A DNA stretch of 64,000 bases from an uncultured Desulfatitalea sp. (GCA_963668675.2 CAXXMB010000002.1:832001-896000); one strand, 5' to 3'. Shown: positions 1 to 10,460, counted from the first letter of the stretch. Program-made: numbers and translations. Notes: generated by a model not told the origin, from the letters alone.

Positions 1-2
1 CC

Positions 3-143
3 GCCGAAATGAAGACACCCCCGAAAGTCATCGCCACAGGCGGCCTGGCCCCCCTGATGCAGAATGTGGCCAACACCATCGAAGCAGTAGAACCCGACCT
101 GACCCTGATCGGCCTGAAAATTATCGCCGATTATCTGGAGTAA
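3..143 (+). CDS. coaX: Type III pantothenate kinase, C-terminal end (partial, runs off window start)
   Basis: Frame from nt 3 reads AEMKTPPKVIATGGLAPLMQ...VEPDLTLIGLKII..*, matching the VIATGG and P.LTL.GL motifs of CoaX. Confidence 0.8.
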   Translation, partial: AEMKTPPKVIATGGLAPLMQNVANTIEAVEPDLTLIGLKIIADYLE

Positions 144-218
144 TAGCAATTTTTAGAACCTGCTATTGCTTTTGTCCTTACGCCGTTCTGTTGGGTAAAA
201 TTCAAGTGTTAAACAGTC

Positions 219-348
219 TGATGTGTTCGTAAAAAAGGTACAAAAGTGATTTTTCGTCATTACGGATAAAGCCGAAGTCCTGTTTTTCAACGGTTTCTGG
301 ATGCCCGAGTCCGGCATGACGGGGGAACGGCTTTCTGCGAGGCCGTCA
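219..348. repeat. Degenerate MITE-like palindromic element
   Basis: Imperfect terminal inverted repeats TGATGTGTTCGTAAAAAAGG / GGCTTTCTGCGAGGCCGTCA enclose a CGTCAT...ATGACG REP-like palindrome (255-321). Confidence 0.55.
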
Positions 349-372
349 AGTTGACTACCCAGCCAATGGAGG

Positions 373-557
373 TGTTTCTGCCAGGGAGTATACCATCCCA
401 TGCTTTCAGTGTATGTTTTTACTGCTGCTTAAATGTAGCGGAGGAAAAGCGGTCAGCACTGTTTGAGCGAAGCGAGTTTGCGGACCGCCCGGAGCGAATT
501 TCGCAGCAGTTAAACCATTAAGCGTCGCATGGGAGGGTATACTCCCTGGCAGAAACA
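373..557. repeat. 185-bp long inverted-repeat (hairpin) element
   Basis: 31-bp arms at 373-403 and 527-557 with one mismatch; nested stems ACTGCTGC/GCAGCAGT and GCGGTC/GACCGC. Confidence 0.8.
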
Positions 558-637
558 GCGGTGCCCACATAAACAAGGCTTCACCATCTACATAAGAGGG
601 ATAGTATTCAAAAAACACGAAGAATTGAACATAAGGA

Positions 638-1564
638 TCAAGAGCTGGAGAGATACTCCCAATACCCCTTCACGCTGTTGCGCAGAAAAAACCGCTCACG
701 GCTCTGCACCTCTGAAGAGAGTTGGGAAAAGCCTGACAGAAGGGGATCTTCGGCGAGCAGTACTTCCAAGCACTCTTCCAGGGCATCGTCATCAGGTTCC
801 GACCGCCCCTCGCGCCACCTGGCGATCATCTCCAGCCAGTCCGACAACTGACCCCGGTGGCGCCGAAGCATCCCGACCGCGTCATGGTACATGCCGACAT
901 GACCATAGCAAATCCGTTGAGGCTGGTAACCGAGCAGCCGATCGATGCTCTCCTGGTAGATCTTAATACGAAACCGGGGAGGCGTGGCCGGACGCATATA
1001 ATAATGGTCATCCGCCAAAGGCAGACAAACCCCACCCACCTCACCACCAAAAAGCAAATCATCCATCAGGTAACTGAAATGGTGCGGCGCGTGCCCAGGC
1101 GTCGGAACCGCCGTAATACCCTGTGTCTCGAACCGATCTGCCGAAAGAATCTGTCCCGGCTTCACCGGATCGATGGGGCCATACCGGCGGGCCACCTCAC
1201 CCAACGTTTTAAGGGAGCCCTCCCACAACCGTTGAGGATCTTCCAGGTGGGTTACGGCCTTGGGGTGACACACAACCGGCGTACCAGGGAAAGCGTCGGC
1301 CACCTGGCCGATACCGCCGGAGTGATCGATATGCACATGGGTCAGCAGAATAAAATCGGGTTGCGTCACACCAATTTCGGCCAAAGCGGAAAGCAGATGA
1401 CCGCTGGTCGACGACGGCCCCACATCCACGACCACAACCGGCCCGGCCGTCCAAACCCAAGAGGTAATAAAATCGGAAAACCCGGCAATGGATACCGGTA
1501 AGGTAATCATGAAAAGGGAATCATCGATCCGGACAATATTTTTCATTTGAATAGGCACCGGCAA
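638..1564 (-). CDS. MBL-fold metallo-hydrolase
   Basis: THVHIDHSGG (HxHxDH) and TPGHAPHH motifs. Confidence 0.9.
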   Translation of the reverse strand: MPVPIQMKNIVRIDDSLFMITLPVSIAGFSDFITSWVWTAGPVVVVDVGPSSTSGHLLSALAEIGVTQPDFILLTHVHIDHSGGIGQVADAFPGTPVVCHPKAVTHLEDPQRLWEGSLKTLGEVARRYGPIDPVKPGQILSADRFETQGITAVPTPGHAPHHFSYLMDDLLFGGEVGGVCLPLADDHYYMRPATPPRFRIKIYQESIDRLLGYQPQRICYGHVGMYHDAVGMLRRHRGQLSDWLEMIARWREGRSEPDDDALEECLEVLLAEDPLLSGFSQLSSEVQSRERFFLRNSVKGYWEYLSSS

Positions 1565-1616
1565 GGAGGCGATGCACCACTTGCCGTTGGATACGGGGGT
1601 GGCCGTAACAGAACAG

Positions 1617-2270
1617 CTAAGGATTCATCGACTCTTTGAAAACCTTGTAGAACAAACCGTAATCGGCCATACCCCTTTGCAGAATCTTGTCGATATCGTC
1701 AATGTTGCGCAGGTTGAGGATCATGTTCACACTCTTCTGGAAAGCACTCATATGATCCATGGTGCGAAAGCGGGTGGTCAGCAGCGTCACGAACATGTTG
1801 CGGCGTGTCTCCATCCCCAGACGCTCAAGATAGATCAGCACAGGATTGGCATCCGGATCGCGGGTGTCGAAGTACTCATTGAGCAACACCAGGTCATAGG
1901 TGTGGTAGCGCATCTTCTTGAGCGCTTCACGGCTGTTGGGCGCCTCGGTCACATGGTACTCGAGCAGATCCAGCGTGGGACGCACCTTTTCCCGTATCAG
2001 CGCATCGGAGTCGCACACCAGGGCTGTCTTGCCCTCCTCTTCGATAAAATCGAACGGCTTCTCGGAGGCGTCATACCCTTCGCCATCATCTTCCGCAAAG
2101 TCGAAGAGATCATCAAAAGCGGCATCGCCGTCATCGTCATTTTTCGCCGGCCGGGTGACACTGATCTTCTCCTGACAGCGCGGGCATTTCAGGGTGACCA
2201 TTTTACCTTCAGGCAGTTTCTCGTCGGCGACTTTCAACTTACCGTTGCAATTTTGACAGACAATTTCCAT
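1617..2270 (-). CDS. Zinc-ribbon (MJ0042-type) plus receiver-like domain protein
   Basis: N-terminal CQNC...CPRC, acidic linker, then a CheY-like segment (ALVCDSD...YDLVLLNE). Confidence 0.75.
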   Translation of the reverse strand: MEIVCQNCNGKLKVADEKLPEGKMVTLKCPRCQEKISVTRPAKNDDDGDAAFDDLFDFAEDDGEGYDASEKPFDFIEEEGKTALVCDSDALIREKVRPTLDLLEYHVTEAPNSREALKKMRYHTYDLVLLNEYFDTRDPDANPVLIYLERLGMETRRNMFVTLLTTRFRTMDHMSAFQKSVNMILNLRNIDDIDKILQRGMADYGLFYKVFKESMNP

Positions 2271-2361
2271 AGGTCAATCCGATGCTCCCTTGGTCGGCTC
2301 CCAATCGAACGGAGCCTCCATTAAGTTCCATAGCGATGCGGAGGTTGAAAAAACACCGCTA

Positions 2362-3528
2362 TCAAACCTTTTTGTGGTAGCCCCGATCCAGCTCCAGATC
2401 TTTGATGTCCGTGGTGGCCTCTCCCCTGGCACTCTTCACCTTGTCGATACCCCGGCTGGTCACGGCCTTATGGGAGGAGTAGGCCAGAGCCGTCTCCTGG
2501 GTGACCAATCCCTTCTCATAAAGCTCCACAATATAATCGTCAAACGTCATCATACCGAAGGGCCTTCCGGCCTGCATCATCTCGTAGTAGGTCTTGCCCT
2601 CCGATTCGCCGTTCAATATGGCCTCTTTCACGCGAAGATTGGACCTTAGAATCTCGAATGCAGCGACCCGGCCACCACCGACTTTGGAGAGCAGGCGTTG
2701 GCTGACGACCCACCGGACCGTGTCGGCCAGGCGGATGCGCACCTGCTTCTCCTCTTCGTTGGTGAACATGCCCAGAATACGGTTGATCGTCTGGCCGGCA
2801 TCCACCGTATGGAGCGTGGTCAGAACCAGATGGCCTGTTTCAGCCGCCGTCAAACCAATCTCGACGGTTTCACGGTCGCGCATTTCGCCGACCAGAATCA
2901 CCTTCGGCGCTTGTCGCAGCGCAGCTCGCAAGCCGTTGGCAAAAGAGTCGTAATCCCGACCCAGTTCGCGCTGATTGAAGGTCGCCTTCTTGTGGGGATG
3001 CTGATATTCGATGGGGTCTTCCAGGGTAACCACGTGGACGGCGCGTCGTTCGTTAATCTCCTCCAGAATCGCAGCCAGCGAAGTCGTTTTACCGGTACCG
3101 GTTGCGCCGGTAAAGATGATGATGCCGTTGAGCTCCCCCCCCATCTCCAGAAAAGAGTCGGGCAACTTCATATCCCGGATGGTGGGCACCTTGGATTCCA
3201 ACTGCCTGAGAACGATAGATAAATGGCCCGATTGGGCAAAAATGTTCACACGAAAGCGGGCCTTTCCGGGAAGGCTGTAGGAGAGGTCGCACGATCCGGT
3301 TCGCATCAGGGTCTCGGTCAGACGCCGGTCGCCGTCGATCAGATTCAAGGCCACGATTTCGGTCTGAAATGGGGTCAGACTTTCGATCTGGGGCTTGGTG
3401 TTGACCGGCAGCAACTCACCGGAGCTCTCCACCTGCAGTGGCCGACCGACCGTCAGGTTGAGATCCGAAACGTTGCTGTGCGAATCAAGCATTCGGGTGA
3501 GAATATGATCGATCTCTTGTTTTTTCAT
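2362..3528 (-). CDS. PilT/PilU-family type IV pilus retraction ATPase (paralog)
   Basis: Walker A GATGTGKT, TLEDPIEY, LVGEMRD, TGHLVLTTLH; AIRNLIRE motif replaced by RVKEAILN; start at MKKQE after AGGAG. Confidence 0.9.
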   Translation of the reverse strand: MKKQEIDHILTRMLDSHSNVSDLNLTVGRPLQVESSGELLPVNTKPQIESLTPFQTEIVALNLIDGDRRLTETLMRTGSCDLSYSLPGKARFRVNIFAQSGHLSIVLRQLESKVPTIRDMKLPDSFLEMGGELNGIIIFTGATGTGKTTSLAAILEEINERRAVHVVTLEDPIEYQHPHKKATFNQRELGRDYDSFANGLRAALRQAPKVILVGEMRDRETVEIGLTAAETGHLVLTTLHTVDAGQTINRILGMFTNEEEKQVRIRLADTVRWVVSQRLLSKVGGGRVAAFEILRSNLRVKEAILNGESEGKTYYEMMQAGRPFGMMTFDDYIVELYEKGLVTQETALAYSSHKAVTSRGIDKVKSARGEATTDIKDLELDRGYHKKV

Positions 3529-3623
3529 GGCTCTCCTCTTTGCGGCTGGCACAGTGCCCTATCATGGAACGCCGCCGGTTCGCCCGATGGATGCATCGCT
3601 CCCCCGCCTGGTGGGACGGGCGT

Positions 3624-4712
3624 TTACGCCTCAGTGAAATCGGTTGGCGGTGCCTTGAGCAGCGGGCGGAAACGGCCCTTGTCGTTGGCCTTGGTGTAAG
3701 CGGCGTCGGCGCTGATCCTGCCTTTGTTAAAAAGCTCCATGATGGCGTCATCGAGCAACTGCATCCCGTACTTTTTCCCGGTTTGAATCATCGACGGGAT
3801 CTGGTGCGATTTGCCTTCGCGGATCAGATTGCGCACCGCCGGGGTGGCAATCAAAATCTCCAGGGCCGGAATCCGCCCCTTTTTATCGATCCGCTTGAAG
3901 AGCGTCTGGGAGATGATGGCGCGGATACCGTCCGACAAGGTGGATCTGATCTGCGCCTGCTCCTCGGCCGGGAAGACCTCCACGATACGGTCGACCGTTT
4001 TGGCCGCGCTGGTGGTATGCAGGGTCGAAAAGACCAAGTGGCCGGTAGAGGCCGCCTCGATGGCCAGACTCATGGTAATCAAGTCACGCATCTCGCCAAC
4101 CAGAATGATATCGGGATCTTCACGAAGGGCACCACGCAGGGCTGCGGAGAACGATTTGGTATGAATCCCCACCTCCCGATGGTTGACCAGGCACCCCTGG
4201 CTGTTGTGCACAAATTCGATCGGATCTTCGATGGTGATAATATGGTCGGACCGGGTGCGGTTGGCTTCGTCGATAATGGCCGCCAACGTGGTCGACTTGC
4301 CGCTGCCGGTGGGGCCCGTGACGATCACCAGTCCACGCGGCAAAGAGGCCAGCTTGGCCATCACCGACGGCAGCCCCAACTGTTCACACGTCATGATGTT
4401 GCTGGGGATCTCCCTGAAAACCGCCCCGACACCATTTTTCTGCATGAAAAAATTGGCGCGGTAGCGTGCCAGGCCTGGGATTTCATAGCCAAAGTCCACA
4501 TCTCCGGTCTCTTCAAAGGTTTTGATTTTATCTTCGGCCGCAATTTCGTAAAGCATGGCGCGCAGCCCGTCATTGTCAAGTACCTTATATTTGACGCGTT
4601 CGATATCGCCATGCACGCGAAGGGCGGGCGGTTGCCCGGACATGAGGTGCAGGTCGGAGGCATTCTGTTCGTGCATCAATTTGAAAAAAGCATCAATTTT
4701 GGCCATGATCAA
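3624..4712 (-). CDS. pilT: Type IV pilus twitching motility ATPase PilT
   Basis: GPTGSGKST, EDPIE, LVGEMRD, TGHLVFSTLH and the AVRNLIRE motif. Confidence 0.93.
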   Translation of the reverse strand: MIMAKIDAFFKLMHEQNASDLHLMSGQPPALRVHGDIERVKYKVLDNDGLRAMLYEIAAEDKIKTFEETGDVDFGYEIPGLARYRANFFMQKNGVGAVFREIPSNIMTCEQLGLPSVMAKLASLPRGLVIVTGPTGSGKSTTLAAIIDEANRTRSDHIITIEDPIEFVHNSQGCLVNHREVGIHTKSFSAALRGALREDPDIILVGEMRDLITMSLAIEAASTGHLVFSTLHTTSAAKTVDRIVEVFPAEEQAQIRSTLSDGIRAIISQTLFKRIDKKGRIPALEILIATPAVRNLIREGKSHQIPSMIQTGKKYGMQLLDDAIMELFNKGRISADAAYTKANDKGRFRPLLKAPPTDFTEA

Positions 4713-4840
4713 CTCCCTGATTGGATTGCCCGGAACACCCGCAAAGGTGAAATACCGATGGCGCTATGGAATAACAACAGCCCATATTAAAAATTGACTG
4801 TCCGGTTCTCTCTTCATTATCGGCCAATAGGCTGGGGGGT

Positions 4841-5356
4841 TTAACTTAAAGTGCTGGGTGGTTGTTTGAGGACAGCCACTTTGCCATCGGATTCATCCAA
4901 TGCGTCCATGCTCTCCTTGCCGATCTCCAGCAACTTGCTGTGCGCTTCGATGACGGATCGTATCTGCACTTCAATCTGCATGCGCTGTCGTTTGAGTTCG
5001 GAGATATCTTCATGGAGCTGGGAGAGCCGATTGTGGGCACGGTTCAGAATCTTCTCCGCCTTGACTTCCGCATCGGCGATGATGATCTCAGCCGATTTGC
5101 GGGCATTGTCCTTCATCTGCTCCAACACCTTTTGGGAGTTGAGCATCGCACGTTTGAACGTCTCTTCACGCTCCTTATATCCCTGGGATTCTAGCTTCAG
5201 ACGGCGCAACTCCTCTTTGATCTTCTTGTTCTCTTCCTGTAGCGAGGTGATCGTCTCCGCCGCCTGCTCCAGAAATCGATCGACTTCACGAATATCGAAC
5301 CCTCTGAAGCGAACCCTGAATTGCTGCTGTTGTATATCGACTGGTGTAAGGCTCAT
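4841..5356 (-). CDS. divIVA: DivIVA domain protein
   Basis: LTPVDIQQQQF..RFRGFD..EVDRFL N-terminus followed by coiled coil. Confidence 0.9.
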   Translation of the reverse strand: MSLTPVDIQQQQFRVRFRGFDIREVDRFLEQAAETITSLQEENKKIKEELRRLKLESQGYKEREETFKRAMLNSQKVLEQMKDNARKSAEIIIADAEVKAEKILNRAHNRLSQLHEDISELKRQRMQIEVQIRSVIEAHSKLLEIGKESMDALDESDGKVAVLKQPPSTLS

Positions 5357-5778
5357 ACAACGTCTCCCTGCAAGTGTGCTGACGTAAGCATTTTAAACCG
5401 TGCCAGATTCCGTACCGAGGTCAAGCGTTGAAACCAGATGTTCAACATTTATAACCTTTGGAGAAGAGAACACTAACGGCACTGGCATCGAATAGCGTCT
5501 AAAATCTTCTCTGTCGCACCTTTTTTTGGCTCAGGATAGTTCCAAAACAGTGGATATGTCAAGATTTTTCATGGGTTGCGGCACCTGCCGACCCTTGAAC
5601 GAGCGGGATTGGCCGCCTCTTTCTCGCCACATCGCTTCTAACCCATGGCCGTAGTCCCCTGTTCCGTTTCAATCGACTCAAGCCTTTTAATAAACCACCG
5701 ATATACTGTTCATATCGCCTTTGGCGATCTTCTATGCTATAGATTGAGATATAAAATTGAAATGGATGACGTGACCTT

Positions 5779-6195
5779 ATGAAAAATGGATCTAAGCTCT
5801 ACAACGGACTGAAAGCACTCTCCGATGCCGCCTTTCCCAAGCAGTGCCCCTCGTGCGGGCGCCGCTACGAGTCGGCCGAAGAGTTTATCCGCGAAACCCG
5901 ATCGATACGGGAAGAGATCAGCGGCTTGAAAAGCGCCACCGACGATGAATCGCAACCGATGGTCGAACTCTACCGCAACTGCCCCTGCGGCTCGACACTG
6001 ATGGATTGTTTCGACGACCGCCGGGACTTGAGCCACCCCGGGCTTAAAAGACGCAGACTTTTCGGCCAATTGCTTGAAATGCTCCACCGCAAAGGCCTCC
6101 AGACACATATCGCCAGAGTGGAGTTGATTCGATTGATGAGGGGAGAGCAAAGCTCTGCTTTGTCTGACATTGGTGTGAAGACAAAGAAGCTATGA
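5779..6195 (+). CDS. Hypothetical Cys-motif (probable Zn-binding) protein
   Basis: FPKQCPSCG and YRNCPCGSTL motifs; converges on the next gene. Confidence 0.65.
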   Translation: MKNGSKLYNGLKALSDAAFPKQCPSCGRRYESAEEFIRETRSIREEISGLKSATDDESQPMVELYRNCPCGSTLMDCFDDRRDLSHPGLKRRRLFGQLLEMLHRKGLQTHIARVELIRLMRGEQSSALSDIGVKTKKL

Positions 6196-7587
6196 CAACG
6201 GCATCGGCGTTGACGGCACAGGATCTTTGAGCGCCACCATGAAGAAGGGCCCCAATGGCGTCTCCTTGCCAAATGTAAATTTCATAAACTCGCGCATCAG
6301 TTCACTGACCAGCTGATTTTTATCCATAGTGGCCACATACGCCTCGGGGTCGAGCTTTGATACCGCTTTCTTGCGCTTCAACTTCTCATCGTTCCGCGCC
6401 TTATCGCAGATGAAACTCACCGCCTCCGTGGCCTTCTCTCTCAAAGTGGCCTCATCCAGCCGGTTTAGCGACCGGTATACCCTCTCGAGCTTATCCGCAC
6501 TGGGCATCTTTTCCGACTCCAGCAAGGCCTTGAATTGAGTCGTTTGCCGCTCCATCCCTTTGCGAATATGGTGCGATTCCACAAGATTGAAACCGGCCCA
6601 CCCGGCGCCCAGCCATTGGAAGATGCCGATCTTGACCTTGCCGGGACGGTTGAGGTCTTCGATGTAGGCGCAAATAGAGAAAAATTTGTAAATTCTGGTC
6701 TTCATCCATCCCAGACCACCTTTATTCAACCCATTTTCCTGAGTGTAGAGGTAGCTCCAATCCTGGTCGTCTCCGACAATGAAGCCCTTTTTGCCCACAT
6801 CCGATTCACCCATCTGGTTGGATATGGAGAACATGACCCTGAAATCGCCCTGCTGGTAAAGCAGAAACGCCCTCTTGAGCCCATACTCGTAGTAGGCGCC
6901 CGTATGAAGATCCGGAGAGATGGTCTCCCGCACGACCCCCCTTACCGTTTTGGGTTTGGAGAGATCGGTGAGCATTCGCCACAATTCGGGGGGGCCGGCA
7001 GTGCCGGCGGAGGTCATCTCCCATTGTGAATAGTTGACCGATGAAGCGTTGATCGCGCCTTCCGGAATCTGTTGATTGTAAGCGTAACGCAAGGCTTCGG
7101 GCAGGGGACGATCCAGTGAATAGGCAATGAAGGCACCGTTGATCTCCTCCCGCGGCTCAAGTGTAGGCTTGGAAAGCTCGTCGGCTTTGAGAATAAAGTT
7201 AACCACCGGATCGACTTTGGAAAAATCGAGCCCCGCCTCCGATGTTTCGTCACACAGGTCGAGCAAATAGGTTAAACCGGCTTCCGGTAAATCACTTCGT
7301 CCGGTGGCAACAGGGTCATACATTCCGGTATCACTATCGGCAACAGCGGGTATGGTAAACAGGCAGATCAGTGCCAACGCGAAGAGGTGCCAAAAACCGA
7401 CGGTGATCCCTGTCAAAATTCCGGCTTTTGGGTCGTTTTTTATGTCTCTTATAGGATACAAGAGGTCTCCTTTTAGTCTAATCTTTTCCATAGGCCGTAC
7501 GTTGCCTTCAAGCCGAGCAAAAGCACATCCCTTCATAATAAGGCTTGGGTTATAAAAGTCACCTATCAGGTCCATCTTGCTGTTCAA
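6190..7587 (-). CDS. Hypothetical exported protein (true start uncertain, probably downstream of 7587)
   Basis: 465-codon ORF with a hydrophobic signal-like segment (WHLFALALICLFTIPAVA). Confidence 0.65.
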   Translation of the reverse strand: MNSKMDLIGDFYNPSLIMKGCAFARLEGNVRPMEKIRLKGDLLYPIRDIKNDPKAGILTGITVGFWHLFALALICLFTIPAVADSDTGMYDPVATGRSDLPEAGLTYLLDLCDETSEAGLDFSKVDPVVNFILKADELSKPTLEPREEINGAFIAYSLDRPLPEALRYAYNQQIPEGAINASSVNYSQWEMTSAGTAGPPELWRMLTDLSKPKTVRGVVRETISPDLHTGAYYEYGLKRAFLLYQQGDFRVMFSISNQMGESDVGKKGFIVGDDQDWSYLYTQENGLNKGGLGWMKTRIYKFFSICAYIEDLNRPGKVKIGIFQWLGAGWAGFNLVESHHIRKGMERQTTQFKALLESEKMPSADKLERVYRSLNRLDEATLREKATEAVSFICDKARNDEKLKRKKAVSKLDPEAYVATMDKNQLVSELMREFMKFTFGKETPLGPFFMVALKDPVPSTPMPLS

Positions 7588-7875
7588 GGCGAATTGGATG
7601 AACGCGGACGACGGCCATCTATGGGGTCATCGCAAATGGTGGTTGGTGTTTTCTCTGACTGCCAAACCAATAACGATAATGGTTTCGATTATTATCGTGA
7701 ACACCCTTTGCGGTCAAGCCCCAAGGTGCTTTCATCCGCACCCCCGGCAGTAGCTTCGATTTTTTATTGACAATCCAAGTGCAGACCATAAAGTAGCCAC
7801 TGAATCTGATGCTTGAAAGCGGTATTCGAATGCAACCGTTGTGCCACAACAGACCAAATTTTGGAGATCCTCACA

Positions 7876-8706
7876 ATGCTTCGGGATAAACATATCGGTT
7901 TTATCGGTACGGGTAACATGGGCGAGGCGCTGATCAAAGGTTTGTTACAATCCGGCCTTTCCGACAGCGAGCAACTGTGTTGTTCGGATGCGAGAAGCGA
8001 GCGACTTGCAGAGCTCCAAAAACGCTATGGCATTCAAACCATCGGCGACAATTCCGAGCTGGCCGGGAAATGCGACGTGGTCGTTTATGCCGTCAAACCC
8101 CAAGTCTTAGGCTCGGTGATCAAAGAGACGGCCGGGGCATTGGACGACACCAAAGTGGTCATCTCCATCGCCGCCGGCGTCCCGCTGTCGGCGATTGCGA
8201 CCGTGGCAGGGAAACCCCTGCGGCTCGTGCGGGCCATGCCCAATGTCTGTGTATCGGTCGAAGCCGGAGCCACCGCGGTTGCTCCGGGCGAACATGCCAA
8301 AGCCGGGGACCTGGAACTGGCTCAGGCCATCTTCAACTCGGTGGGCCGCTGCGTCATCGTCCAGTCGGAAGCGCTGCTCGATGGGGTCACCGGTTTGAGC
8401 GGCAGCGGACCGGCCTATATTTTTGTCATTCTGGACGCCATGGCCGATGCCGGCGTCAAGGTGGGTCTGGCACGCAACGAAGCGCTGCTGCTTGCAGCGC
8501 AAACGCTGATGGGGGCCGCGAAAATGCATTTGGAGACCGAGATGCACCCAGGGCAGCTGAGGGACATGGTCACATCACCAGGTGGAACGACCATTGCAGG
8601 TCTTCATGCACTGGAGCGGGAAGGCATCCGCAATGCCATGATGAATGCGGTGGAAGCGGCCACCATGCGCGCCAAGGAACTTGGTGAGCTGGTGCGACTT
8701 GGATAG
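7876..8706 (+). CDS. proC: Pyrroline-5-carboxylate reductase
   Basis: GFIGTGNMG, AVKPQ, RAMPN, TGLSGSGPAY, VTSPGGTT; ATG after GGAG. Confidence 0.96.
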   Translation: MLRDKHIGFIGTGNMGEALIKGLLQSGLSDSEQLCCSDARSERLAELQKRYGIQTIGDNSELAGKCDVVVYAVKPQVLGSVIKETAGALDDTKVVISIAAGVPLSAIATVAGKPLRLVRAMPNVCVSVEAGATAVAPGEHAKAGDLELAQAIFNSVGRCVIVQSEALLDGVTGLSGSGPAYIFVILDAMADAGVKVGLARNEALLLAAQTLMGAAKMHLETEMHPGQLRDMVTSPGGTTIAGLHALEREGIRNAMMNAVEAATMRAKELGELVRLG

Positions 8707-8724
8707 CAGCTCAGGACGATAGAG

Positions 8725-9204
8725 ATGGTTAAATCACTTACAATCCCAAATAAAAACCCTTTGAACACACTCGAGCGCGCAGGGCGTATCCTGTTAGGGG
8801 CCATTTTCGTTTACGCCAGCCTGGATAAAATCCTGGATCCAGCCGCATTTGCCCAGGCCATTGCCAATTACCAAATTCTGCCCCCCACATGGGTTAACGC
8901 CGTGGCATTGATGCTGCCATGGCTTGAAGCGGTAAGTGGCATCTGTCTGATAACGGGCAAACTGATGCGGGGCAGTGCCCTGGCGATCACTCTGATGCTC
9001 ATCTTGTTCATGGGGGCTTTGGGATACAACGCCTATCGAGGAGTGGATATCGCCTGCGGCTGTTTCTCTCTGAACAATGAAGCCGCCGGCCGCATCTACA
9101 TGGACCTTTCGAGAGATGCTGCCCTGTTGGCCGTCGCGCTTATGGTGCTGGTGCGCACCCGGACAACGGCGCCCTTGAAGCAGCCTTACGGTCAGCCACG
9201 GTGA
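8725..9204 (+). CDS. MauE/DoxX-family membrane protein
   Basis: RILLGAIFVYASLDKI, LPWLE, DIACGCF. Confidence 0.85.
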   Translation: MVKSLTIPNKNPLNTLERAGRILLGAIFVYASLDKILDPAAFAQAIANYQILPPTWVNAVALMLPWLEAVSGICLITGKLMRGSALAITLMLILFMGALGYNAYRGVDIACGCFSLNNEAAGRIYMDLSRDAALLAVALMVLVRTRTTAPLKQPYGQPR

Positions 9205-9245
9205 CCTCCTTCTGCCAACACCAAATCATATGACAACCTGTTGCC

Positions 9246-9950
9246 ATGTTTGAAGAAGTCGAATACAGCGCCGCACTCATCGCCGGACTGCTCTCCTTTT
9301 TTTCACCGTGCATTCTGCCGCTGGTGCCCTCCTACTTCTCTTTCATCACCGGCATATCCATAGACAGACTGGCCAGTGCCGAAGGGTCCGAGGTGCGCCG
9401 CAAGATCGTGTTGAGCACCCTGGCTTTCGTCTTCGGCTTCTCCATCGTCTTCATCATGCTCGGGGCGACCGCCGCCTTTTTCAGTGGATTGCTTCAGGGC
9501 GCCAGGGTCTATATCCGTTTGGTGGGTGGGGCGCTGATCATCATTCTGGGGCTTCATCTGATGGGTGTTGTACGGATTCGATTCCTGGACATCGAAAAGA
9601 GGGCCCACCTGAGCCGAAAACCGGTCCACTTCATGGGCACCGTGCTCATCGGCATGGCCTTTGGCGCCGGCTGGAGCCCGTGCATCGGGCCAATGTTGGG
9701 GTCCATATTGATTTTGGCCGGAAACCAGGATACCGTGGCCCAAGGCATCGTTTTGTTGTCGCTCTACTCAGCGGGCCTGGCATTGCCGTTTATCGTCTTG
9801 TCGATCGGCATTCATTTTCTGATCGCATTCATTCGTCGGGCCGCCAAAGCCATTCGCTATATCAACATCGGCGCCGGCGTGCTGCTCATCCTCACCGGCC
9901 TCTTGCTGATGACCGATAAATTGAGGCTGCTGAGCTATTTCAGCTTTTAA
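9246..9950 (+). CDS. ccdA: Cytochrome c biogenesis protein CcdA (DsbD transmembrane domain)
   Basis: GLLSFFSPCILPL and GWSPCIGP motifs; multiple TM segments. Confidence 0.92.
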   Translation: MFEEVEYSAALIAGLLSFFSPCILPLVPSYFSFITGISIDRLASAEGSEVRRKIVLSTLAFVFGFSIVFIMLGATAAFFSGLLQGARVYIRLVGGALIIILGLHLMGVVRIRFLDIEKRAHLSRKPVHFMGTVLIGMAFGAGWSPCIGPMLGSILILAGNQDTVAQGIVLLSLYSAGLALPFIVLSIGIHFLIAFIRRAAKAIRYINIGAGVLLILTGLLLMTDKLRLLSYFSF

Positions 9951-9962
9951 GGAGTCACCCTA

Positions 9963-10430
9963 ATGAAACGCATCATCTGCATAATCCTTGCAGCGACGAT
10001 TGTCGCGCTGGTCTCGATATCCGCCGTCACAGCGGCCAATGATCCTGCCGCCAACATCAATTGGCGCAGCTTTGACGAGGCCCAGAAAGAGGCTCAGACC
10101 CAATCGCGCAAATTCCTGCTCTATTTCTATACCGACTGGTGCGGCTACTGCCGGAAACTCGAAAATAACACCTTTGTGGACAAAGAGATCGCCGCGTATG
10201 TCAATCAAAACTTCATCCCGGTGCGCATCAATTCGGAGAAGAAGCCGAAAATCGCCGCCCGTTATCGCATCAGCGGAGTGCCCAACCTGAGATTCCTGAC
10301 GGCCAAAGGTGAAGACATTGCCCACTGGCCGGGCTACATCGAGGCCGACCGGTTTCTTCCGCTGCTCAAATTCATACACAGCGACAGCTACCTTAAAATG
10401 GGATACAGCGACTTTCTCAAACAGAAGTAG
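9963..10430 (+). CDS. Exported thioredoxin-family protein (SoxW-like)
   Basis: Signal peptide, WCGYC active site, cis-Pro region GVP; follows ccdA. Confidence 0.88.
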   Translation: MKRIICIILAATIVALVSISAVTAANDPAANINWRSFDEAQKEAQTQSRKFLLYFYTDWCGYCRKLENNTFVDKEIAAYVNQNFIPVRINSEKKPKIAARYRISGVPNLRFLTAKGEDIAHWPGYIEADRFLPLLKFIHSDSYLKMGYSDFLKQK

Positions 10431-10460
10431 ATTTAAAACCACGAGTGGCAGAAAGAGGCC

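Noticed and set aside
153..966. ORFs 153-401, 406-618 and 529-966
   Set aside because: By-products of the inverted repeats or antisense to the MBL gene
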